DNA from: Octopus bimaculoides
Taxonomy: Eukaryota
NCBI RefSeq assembly: GCF_001194135.2
Contig: NC_068999.1
Span: 23,231,455 to 23,264,072 of the forward strand
DNA length: 32,618 nucleotides
Direction: 5' to 3'
A model generated the notes under the pieces. It was given only the letters and a program-made list of their open reading frames with translations, ran no database searches and had not been told where the DNA came from. Shown here piece after piece: positions 1-9,565 of this stretch. The stretch's first letter is position 1. Each line of letters opens with the position of its first letter. A program made the translations under genes and the position numbers.

Positions 1-239
1 ATATAGTGTCTGTATGTGAGTACAGTTGAAAGAGACTATTCTAGAGGATATTCAAACAATTCATACAAAATTTTGTATATTCAGAACATGTGATCTATAA
101 TAGTACAAAAGCATAATATAAAATTATGATGTCACTTTATCTTAGTTCCTTTGTTATTAAAGTTTTTTTTTGTTGGTAGAACCAAATGCATGCATGGTAA
201 AAAAACATTAATTAAAGTATTTAACACTGTATGTTTATT

Positions 240-458
240 AAAGCAGCGAGCTGGCTGAATTGTTAGCATGTCAGAAAAAATGCTTTGCAGCATTTCTTCC
301 AACTTTATGTTCTGAGTTCAAATTCCGCTGTGGTGAACTTTACCTTTCATTCTTTTGGGGTCAATAAAATAAGTGTCAGTTGAGCACTGGGGTCAATATA
401 ATCGACTTACGCACTTCCCTGAAATTACTGGCCTTGTGCCAAAATTTGAAATCAATAT
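240..458 (+). mobile_element. tRNA-derived SINE, type 1, near full length
   Basis: A-box-like gagctggctgaattg and B-box gagttcaaattcc. Core tttcattcttttggggtcaataaaataagt and tail aaaatttgaaatcaat match many other copies in the window. Confidence 0.85.
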
Positions 459-1770
459 TTTGTGTATTTATTATTTTCCTATTGATACATAGGTTGAATA
501 GGTATACAAGTTAGAAATTTGCAGTAATCCTTGGGGTAACTATTTTATAATTGTTTTGTAGTTGGATGTGTTACTGTTCTTACTATTTATAATTGCCTGT
601 GTTCTACTCAAAACATCATAGATACATTTGCAATTTTGTCTTATTGGCAGTTAGCTACCATCTTACCTATCTATGTATCTACAGTTAGCCTGCTCACATG
701 CTTCCATGCTTTTCAGTACATGTACACTACGTAGAAAGTTAATGTGTCAGATACAATCAATAAAGCTTAATTTGATACTGATAAACTCTCGTCCTTCCCT
801 TGCATAAACTGGAAGTGTATTATTGAGTGGTTTCATATTAATGGTGACCAGTTTAAAGTGTTGAGCTAGTGTTATTATCCTAGAGCCAGTGTGAAGATGA
901 TTTGAAACTTTCTTGTTCTGACATTAATTAAGTATCACTTACACAAACTAATTACAACCTGGCAGCCAATTTTCTTTACTTTGATAGGAGTGGTGTGTAG
1001 GTGTGTGTGTGGGGGGGGGGGCTTAAATATCTGGGGCATCAATCCATTGACAAGTGTACTGTCGTAATTATTTTGATTAATTCTGTCTTTCATGAAGATC
1101 ATCAAAGATCATGTTTTTTTAAAAATTTTCCTCTGTTTTTTTTTATTCCCCCTTTTTACTTTTTTGTACCAGCTTCATTTTTTCAATATTGTTGCTGAAG
1201 TGGGAATGTTAGTTTTATTTTTTTCTGTTTATAGCCAACATTGATTCCTGTGATGTGTCCTGCCTGCTACTATTCTCTACTCCACTGTCTCTTTCTTCTT
1301 GGATCTCTTTACTCCGTGAAGGAAGCTGAATTAGTTGAAAGCTTCTTCATGTTTGCTATATGGCCGTTAAAGCTGATATAGCTATCCAGTTAGTAAATCC
1401 AGTTAGTAATGTTACTATGCTCCACTGCAAATGAAAGAAAATTAGTTTATTTTCAGATGAATTATAATATCATCTTGTTGCTATCAGTTTTCAAAATGTA
1501 TTACAAATAACATGAACTCCTGCTACTAAATCTAATTCAGATCTTAGAACTTAACTATCTCCTATGAAACTATCAATGAAACTTCTATAAAGATATCTGG
1601 ACTTGTAAGATTTTCCTACTTTTAGCAGTGTAATACAAATAGAAAACCTGAGCAGCAACTATCTTTTCAGTATGTAGGAGAAATTTAATTTGATTCAGTT
1701 CATTTTCTATTCACAGGTGCTTTTAATCAAAGGCTCTTTTTTTATTCACTTTTGAAATTATTGTTATTAA

Positions 1771-1803
<33 letters not shown>

Positions 1804-1808
1804 TAATA

Positions 1809-2025
1809 ATGGTTTCAAATTTTGCCACAAAGGTAGCAATTTTGGGAGAGGGGATGAGTCAATTACATCGACCCCAGTGTTCAACTGGTACTTATTTTAT
1901 TAACCCCCGAAAGAATGAAAGGCAAAGTCAACCTCAGTAGAATTTGAACTCAGGATGTTGGAATGGGTGAAATACTGCTAAGCATTTCATCCGGTGTGCT
2001 AACGATTCTGCCAGCTCACTGCCTT
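1809..2025 (-). mobile_element. SINE type 1, full length, flanked by (AAT)n
   Basis: Reverse-complement match to 240-458 and 5193-5405. Confidence 0.85.
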
Positions 2026-2040
2026 AATAATAATGATAAC

Positions 2041-2394
2041 AAGAGCGCAAACCGTCGCCAAGGCAACACTAATGTCTTCTCAGTGATTAGCCAGAGATGA
2101 TTTTTAAAATGAAGAATATCTGAAATAAACTTGACTGCTCCCACAAACAAGAATACTAAAAATGAACCCAACTGCTTTCTAAAATTAAGTAAAAAAATAG
2201 GAAAAATAATCCAGAATCCTTGTCCAGTACTGGATTGATCCCAAAATCTAACCAGTTTGTGTCAGTCACGAGGCCAAACATCCTTGAAAGTTTCATCCAA
2301 ATCCATCCAACAGTTCTTGAGATATCTTGTCCATGGACAAGCAAACAAGCACAACTGAAAACAATACCTCTGCCTTCGCTAAGGCCGAGGTAAT
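2041..2394 (-). mobile_element. Probable Helentron-associated non-autonomous element (HINE/DINE-1-like)
   Basis: Terminal hairpin tacctctgcctt-cgct-aaggccgaggta (2365-2392, 11/12 paired). Related subterminal motif aaccgtcgccaagg at 2050-2063. DINE-like core gatggatttggatgaaacttt on the minus strand. Family assignment is from recalled motifs. Confidence 0.55.
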
Positions 2395-2410
2395 AATAAT
2401 GATAATAATA

Positions 2411-2594
2411 ATGGTTTTAGTGGGTAAGTTGATTACATTGACCCTAGTGCTCAACTGGTATTTATTTTATCAACCCTGAAAGGATGAAGGGTAAAGTCAA
2501 CCATGGCAGAATTTGAACTCAGAATGTGGAGACAGATAAAATACCACTAATAATTTTGCCCAGTGTGATAAAACTTCTGCCAGCTCACTGCCTT
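2411..2594 (-). mobile_element. SINE type 1
   Basis: Head ttctgccagctcactgcctt and B-box reverse complement gaatttgaactc. Confidence 0.8.
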
Positions 2595-2598
2595 AAAT

Positions 2599-2789
2599 AA
2601 TTCTTTCTGCAACAAGCACAAGGCCTGAAATAATTTTTTTTTTTACTTGTTAGCGGTGGTTGGGAGGTTAGTTGATTACATCGACCTCACTGCTCAACTG
2701 ATACTTATGTTGACCTTCAGAATGTAAAGTTGCATGAAATGGCACTAAGCATTTTGTCTGGTGAGCTAACAATTCTGCCAGCTCATCAC

Positions 2790-2790
<1 letters not shown>
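2599..2790 (-). mobile_element. SINE type 1 with internal deletion
   Basis: Head and tail are present; the gaaaggatgaaaggc...gaatttgaac core is missing. Confidence 0.75.
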
Positions 2791-2824
<34 letters not shown>

Positions 2825-2905
2825 TAATAATAATAATGATTTTCAGCAAGCAATAACCACACCTCAAATTTACCTCATTGGCCATGTTACTGCCTCTGTG
2901 CAAAG

Positions 2906-2956
<51 letters not shown>

Positions 2957-2959
<3 letters not shown>

Positions 2960-3058
2960 GTTTCAAATTTTGACAGAAGGTCAGCAATTTTGTGGGAGGG
3001 GATAAGCTGATTACTTTGACCTCAGTATCGAACTAGTATTTATTCTGTCAACCCTGAA
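2957..3058 (-). mobile_element. SINE type 1, 3' half only
   Basis: Tail atggtttcaaatttt through tattctgtcaaccct; head absent. Confidence 0.75.
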
Positions 3059-3070
3059 ACAATAATAACA

Positions 3071-3296
3071 ATCCTTTCTACTATAGGCACAAGGCCTGAA
3101 ATTTTGGGGGAGGGCACTAGTCGATTACATCAACCTCACCACCTCCCAGTGTTTCACTGGTACTTAATTTATTGACTCCAAAAGGATGAAAGGCAAAGTT
3201 GACCTGGCTGGAGTTTGAACTCAGAATGTAGTGACGGGCGAAATACCGTTAAGCATTTTGCCCGGTGTGCTAACGATTCTGCCAGCTTCCCACCTT
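3071..3296 (-). mobile_element. SINE type 1, alternative-tail subfamily, full length
   Basis: Tail atcctttctactataggcacaagg with intact core and head. Confidence 0.85.
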
Positions 3297-3321
3297 AATT
3301 ATAATAATAATAATAACAATA

Positions 3322-3733
3322 ATTCTTTCTATTATAAGCACAAGGCCTGAAATTTTTGGGGAGGGGAATAGTCAATTACATTGGCTCCAGTATGCAACTG
3401 ATACTTTTTTATTGACCCCGAAAGGATGTAAGGCAAAGTCGACCTCAGCAGAATTTGAACTCAGAATGTGAAGATGTACAAAATTTCACTAAACATTTTG
3501 CTCAGCCTGCTAACAATTCTTTTCTACTCTAGGCACAAGGCCCAAAATTTTTTGGGGAGGAGGTCAGTCGATTAGATCGACCCCAGTACGCAAATAGCAC
3601 TTAATTTATCAACCCTAAAAGAATGAAAGGCAAAGTTGACCTCAGTGGAATTTGAACTCTGAACGTAAAGACAGACGAAATACTGCTAAGCATTTTGTCC
3701 GGCGTGCTAACATTTCTGCCAGCTTGCTGCCTT
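3322..3733 (-). mobile_element. Two fused SINE type 1 copies (junction about 3515-3520)
   Basis: The first copy stops at gctaacaattct within its head, and the next copy's tail (tttctactctaggcacaagg) follows directly. Confidence 0.8.
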
Positions 3734-3788
3734 AATAATGATGATGATGATGATAATCATAATAATAATAAAAAAAGAAATAGATTAA

Positions 3789-4552
3789 GAAAAATCCCAA
3801 CAATGGCTGAGAAACTCAGGACTCAAAGCAAAGACTGAAGGATTTTTAATTACAGCACAAAACCTCCCCACCAGAAATTACCAAAAACATATAATAAAAC
3901 AAGTAACTGCAGAATATGCGGAAATGGACAAGAAACAGTAAATCATATTGTCTCCAACTGACCGGTTCTGGCTAAGAAGGAATATATTCACAGACACAAC
4001 AGAGTTGGGATCTATATACACTGGAAGTTATGCCAACACTGTGGAATAACAATAGAAAAAAAATGGTATAGGCACACGCCAGAAAAGGTCACAGAAAATG
4101 AGAAAGCAACCATACTATGGGATATGCCAATACTCACAGATAGAGAAATTAAGGTTAATAGGCTGGATATAGTTGTCAGAGATCATCAAGAAAGAAAATG
4201 CTTTCTAATTGATGTATCAATACCAACAGATGACAATGTTTCTCTAAAAGAAATGAAGAAACTTTCAAAATACAAAGACCTGGAAATAGAGGTAACTTGA
4301 ATGTGGAATCTAAAAACAGAAACAATTCCTATCATAGTAGGCACATTAGGTATGATAAAAAAATATTCAGACAAATACATAACAAAAACACCAGGACTAA
4401 CAAGTATATATAACTTAAGAAAATAGCACTACTAGGCACCGCACACATCCTCTGTAAAACATTTTCAATACAGTAAAAATAAGAGCACATACCCAAGGCA
4501 CACAGAGCTGCACTAGGTTGTGCAGTGAAAGCATGTGATAAAAATAAGACTA

Positions 4553-4555
<3 letters not shown>
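3789..4555 (+). mobile_element. 5'-truncated RLE-type non-LTR retrotransposon (R4/Dong-like); decayed ORF with CCHC knuckle and restriction-like endonuclease
   Basis: Translation across 2 frameshifts and 2 stops gives ...CRICGNGQETVNHIVSN*PVLAKKEYIHRHNRV...ILWDMPILTDREIKVNRLDIVV...LIDVSIP...KLSKYKDL...IPIIVGTLG...ALLGTAHIL. ORF ends at TAA 4474-4476, then about 80 nt of 3'UTR and (AAT)n. Confidence 0.88.

Positions 4556-4609
<54 letters not shown>
4556..4609. repeat. (AAT)n microsatellite; further tracts at about 1783-1810, 2792-2838, 2906-2958 and 4711-4768
   Basis: Directly visible. Confidence 0.95.
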
Positions 4610-4610
<1 letters not shown>

Positions 4611-4708
4611 GTTTCAAATTTTGGCATAAGGCCTGAAATTTTGGGTGAGGGGATGAGCTGATTACATTGACTCCAGTGTCCATCTGGTACTTATTCTGTC
4701 AACCCTTA
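4608..4708 (-). mobile_element. SINE type 1, 3' half only
   Basis: Same extent as 2957-3058, about 83% identical by manual count. Confidence 0.75.
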
Positions 4709-4731
4709 AATAATAGTAATAATAATAATAA

Positions 4732-4766
<35 letters not shown>

Positions 4767-4768
<2 letters not shown>

Positions 4769-4982
4769 TCTAATACAGGTACAGGGCCAGAAATTAAGAG
4801 GTGGGGACTAGTTGATTAAATCAACCACAGTACTTGACTGGCTCTTTGTTCTATTGACCTTGGCACAATAAAAGACTAAGTTAACCTCTATGGGATTTGA
4901 ACTCTTAACATGAAAGGCTGAAAGAAATACCACAAGACAATTTGTCTGATGCTCTAATGATTCTGCATTATCACTTGCTGCC
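4767..4982 (-). mobile_element. SINE type 1, diverged
   Basis: Recognisable tail, gatttgaactc B-box and degraded head. Confidence 0.65.
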
Positions 4983-5192
4983 GTAGCCATTATCTAACAA
5001 ATCTGGTTTGTGCATTGTTCAGAATATTTGTTAAACAGTTCAAAACAATTCTTTTTTTCTGTTACATGTTCTTTTAAATATTCATTATTTGTTTTTTTAA
5101 AATTTTATTTGAAGAGTGCATTCTATAAGTGCAATTTGTGTTGCATTTTTGATTGTTTTTGGTATGATGTATTGTTGTTGTTGAAGAAGAAG

Positions 5193-5405
5193 AAGGTAGT
5201 GGGCTGGCAGAACTGTTAGCATGCTGGGCAAAACGCTTAACAGTATATTATCCTTGTGCCTTGAGTTTAAATTCCATTGAGGTTGACTTTGCCTTTCATC
5301 CTTTTGGGGTTGATAAAATAAGTACTAGTTGAGCACTGGGGTTGATGTAATTGATTTACCCCTTCCCCTGAAATTGCTGGCTCAGTGCTAAAATTTGAAA
5401 CCATT
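5193..5405 (+). mobile_element. SINE type 1
   Basis: gggctggcagaactgttagc head, core, and aaaatttgaaaccatt tail. Confidence 0.85.
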
Positions 5406-6433
5406 TTTTTTTTTAATTGGGTATCTGGTTTAAATCTGTTCAGGGTGGATGAAATGAAGATATATGACAATGTCAATCTCTATGGCATTTATCCAGAATC
5501 TGAAGTAGCTGGTAACAGTCTGCTATCAGAAATAGTTTGTTCATAGGAGAGTTTGTAGAAGTGTTTAGTAAGTTCAGTTGACGTGAGGAGTAAAGAAGTG
5601 AACATTCTTGATTCATAACCTTTGTCTGTGAGTGCTGAAGTCAGTGAAAGTGGTGTTGTTGCTTTGGTTGTAGACAAATGAGGAAGAAATTGAAGTGAAG
5701 GACTGATGTGGGAGTGAGGTTGAAAGGCCAAGAGACACTATGTGTAAGAGTCACTGGAGGAAGCTGAGAATTAGAGCGGGAGAAAGAACTAAAATATCAA
5801 GCAAGGCATAGGTTTTACCTTCTGCTATTGGTGTGAAGTTACCTAAGAAAATTCTAAATTTAGAAAGGCTGAAAATTTAACCAGTAGCAATAAACACACA
5901 TTGATACATGTTCTTATATACAGGGACACACATTCATGTTTACAGACACATTTAAACACCGGCATGTTGAGGTATACACAATCACATCTACATGCTTATA
6001 TACACATCCATGATTTTTACATGACATAGATCTAGAATATCTTAATTGAAGGAATAGAAGGAAAGGGGACACCGGATGTATGATTAAAAGGAGGATGGAA
6101 GCGTATGTTCATAGTTTGTAGAACAGAAGTTCCTAAGTTGAAAATGAAATTTTTTTTCCATATGTTTGTAGTGTCATTTGAGACTGTTGGAAAACATCGC
6201 AAACTGAAATGTGATCTATTAAGTAATCACGTGACCTATAACAATTAGCCTTATACTTTGTCAAAAGGTATTATTTTAATTTGTCACATCTGTTATGAAA
6301 AATTCTAGCATATATGATAGTTGAATCATAAAAGATAGGATATTATTTTTTGTATTGTAATACAGACAATGAGTATGATATGGCTACATTCTCTTATATC
6401 TCTTGAGTCAGTGATTCTGAATAAATAAGTTAA

Positions 6434-6652
6434 CCCTTTAGCATTCAGTTTACTGTCAAATGTAATCCTTATTTATTCACATTGTTTTGAAATAAGCATG
6501 CTTTATTTCATAGCTTAAAGATTTTGATGTTGTGATTGTTTATTTTTAGAATTATATTGTAGGGTAAGTGTTAAGTGACCAGATCTGGCCACGCTGAACA
6601 TAAAACAAGTAGAATATTTGGACTGGATATGACCATTTTAAATGATAAAGGA
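6434..6652. mobile_element. piggyBac-like MITE, degenerate right end
   Basis: TTAA|ccctttagcattcag at the left end and aatgataaagga at the right. Colinear with 17377-17596. Confidence 0.7.
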
Positions 6653-6893
6653 CTATGTTAAATATTGTAATAGATGAGAATTTAGGAATAAAGAAAAGTT
6701 GCAATTCATTCATTCCACATTGTTGTAGATGTTATTACTGGAAGACAGCTTTATACGTGTAAACTGCCAGTAAACTGAGTCTACAGGTAACTTTTGATTT
6801 TTAGTTATAAGTATTTTTGAAAAATATCAGAAACATAACAAGAAATGGCAAAATTGTTTATCACAGTTATTTACATGCCACGTATGTATCTAT

Positions 6894-6895
<2 letters not shown>

Positions 6896-6944
<49 letters not shown>
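6896..6944. repeat. (CA)n microsatellite; others at about 14566-14612, 22088-22117 and 31598-31648
   Basis: Directly visible. Confidence 0.95.
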
Positions 6945-6946
<2 letters not shown>

Positions 6947-8100
6947 GGTAGGTAGGAGGATTCTGAAAAGTTGATATTTTTTTTGCCAGGAACCAGAAGG
7001 CAATTTGATGGTAGAAAAATTAGCAGCTTGTGCAATGAACAAAAGCCTCTTTTGTTTACCTGAAGGTCACTGTGCAAGCATTGTTGTTGTTGTTTAATCC
7101 AAAGTCAGTTTTAACCAAAAGCATCCCATTGTGATCATCATCCTCCTTGCTTTTTCCAAAGCATAGTGCTTCCAAGAACATATTATCTAAGGTGTCCTTC
7201 TTTGAGGGAGATTTGGCTGTTTTTTCTAACAGGTTGGTTGATCATCTAGATTGTAGACACATCTTGCATCTATTAGTTAAAAAGATTATGGTGATTGGAT
7301 AGTGGTAAAAACTGCAGATGAACTTATAGGAATGGGTAAAAGAGACTTTGAGGAAGATTAACTGGAAGCTGTTATTACTAAGATCTGAGTGGTAGAGCCA
7401 CCACATCATATAGCCAAGTTTTAGAGAATGAGAATAGGATGTATGGTTTGCATGTTGCTATTTAGTCCTTAGCCAGCCTTGCTAGAGCTGACCTACATTC
7501 AAAGCATTCAGGCTTTAATTTTTGATATAGTGTATATATATTGTTTTTTGATGTAGTGTATCTATATTATCCCATTGTCAGTCATCCTATTTTTCTTTTT
7601 AAAGCTGGAAGTAATTTGATCTATTTCTAGCAAGTTAAGCAGCCATGTAGAAGAAGCTCTCTCATTAAATTGAATTTAGATATAAATAGGTGTAACAGGT
7701 AGGTACAATCCATTACTGTATGAAAGAGTAACACTCTGGGCTTTATAAGTAATTAGCGTCAAGTCTTCTCATAGATAATGATAAACCAAACAGGCCAAGA
7801 GAGGATATCATTTGTTTTACACACAAAAAATCAGAGTTGTGCACCAATCCTAAATAGAGCCTTAGTGATAGGAATAATAAGACAGGAATAATATTCTATT
7901 CTAAGAAACCGAAACCTTATAAAAACTTTTTTTTTTTAATTCTGTTAAAAAACTAAAGTTATAACATTTCTTTTTTTTAATTCTTAATTTTCTTGTGTAG
8001 TTTAGATTCCTGTACCTATCACATTGATTATCACGGGTTCCAAATCCCCTGCAGGATTTTTTAACAAAGGACAAGAGATATCAATATTTGTGGTGGTTTT

Positions 8101-8256
8101 AGGCAATGAGCTAGCAGAACCACTAGCATGCCAGGCCAAATGCTTAGTGGCATTTCGCCTGTCTTTACGTTCTGAGTTCAAATTCTGCCAAGGCTGACTT
8201 TGCCTTTCATCCTTTTGGGGTTGATACAATAAATTCAAATAAAATTTGAAACCAAT
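8101..8256 (+). mobile_element. SINE type 1 with internal deletion
   Basis: Head, B box and core joined directly to the aaaatttgaaacc tail. Confidence 0.8.
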
Positions 8257-9461
8257 ATTTGTTGTGGTTATGAAATGAAACCAGCATATGTTTCACAGGC
8301 TTAGCTTAATAAAAGCTCCTTAGAATCTGCCATGGGTTAAAAACAGGCTGTGGACAGATTATCTTAACAAACGATTTACCACTCATGATACCAAGTAATT
8401 CCAGTCCATGAACTCATAAAAATAAACTAATTGCTATTGTATCTAATTTCAATTAGTGTGATTCATTAATGAACAATTGATTTATCTTTCATTTATTCAA
8501 ATAACTTGTTCACTCTATTAAAGAAGTGTTTGCTGCCAGGTCGGTTACTTCACCCCTTTGTACTTGTTAGCTTATTTAAAATATTACTACTACTACTCAA
8601 TCAAACCTCTCTCCCAACTCATGAATTAACAATTTCCTGTTGTTTTTCATATCTAATAATTTTTATATTGCACCAGGATTTTTGGCATCTGACACTAGGT
8701 TGATGTATTTTGGTAGGACTCTGATAATGACTAATTACTGAAGTTAATTTTAATTATTGCCAACTTTGGTACTTTTTATGACTTTTAAATATGTAGACAC
8801 TACTTATTTCAGCTTAACCACTCTCTCATATTATATTTTTACAGTTTCAGTAAGCTTCTTTTGTGATGCATTTCACATGATAGCGATAGACCAAAAACTT
8901 TTGAAATAGTATTGTGTACAATCTCGAGAACATTGGGCCTCACAGGGGTTGTAATGAAGATACTTGGAGTTATGTTGTATTGAAGAATTGTCCTTGGATA
9001 ACTGCATTTACACTATAATAAAAAAAAGCTGTTTAGAATAATGATGACAATAACAATGGCAAAGTATATTTAATCAACACATTCAGACACACATCTGGAC
9101 TGTTTTTTTCTTTCATTATATATTGTACCTGAATAATCATAGGAATTATTAGAGGTTTGTCTTGTTTAACCCTTTGATTTATCTTTGTATGATCTTTATA
9201 TGCTTCTGTATTTATTTGTAATTTGTAATTCAAATAGTTGTTATCGCTAATACAGAGTTGTTTTTTAAATCAGTCTTCATTGATTCTGTGTTATTTCACC
9301 ACTTTGCAGAATTCATTGGTTCTTAACCCATAATTTTTCTTTATCTGTTTTGTTTTAACTTAAGAATATTTTCCTCTACATTCAATGACAATCAACTTTT
9401 TTTTTACTTGTTATTCATAATTATGATAACTATTAATGATTATTAAAACATCAGAGAAATA

Positions 9462-9565
9462 ATGTTCTGAGTTCAAATTCTGCTAACGCCAACCTTGCCT
9501 TTCATCCTTTTGGGGCCAAAAAAAATAAGTATCAATTGAGCACTGAGGCTGCTTTAATTAACTTA
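9462..9565 (+). mobile_element. SINE type 1 fragment
   Basis: gttctgagttcaaattctgc...ttgcctttcatccttttgggg...gagcactg. Confidence 0.7.

Noticed and set aside
240-330. A/B-box sequences as tRNA genes, here and in other copies
   Set aside because: No complete cloverleaf; they are heads of multicopy SINEs.
1010-1021. Poly-G runs (also about 15816-15828) as G-quadruplex elements
   Set aside because: Isolated homopolymers at the end of (GT)n tracts, error-prone in assemblies, with no supporting context.
5480-5760. Higher-GC stretch with an 80-aa minus-strand ORF; a similar unassigned stretch lies at 13520-14300
   Set aside because: No recognisable domain or splice architecture. Probably old repeat fragments that I cannot classify.
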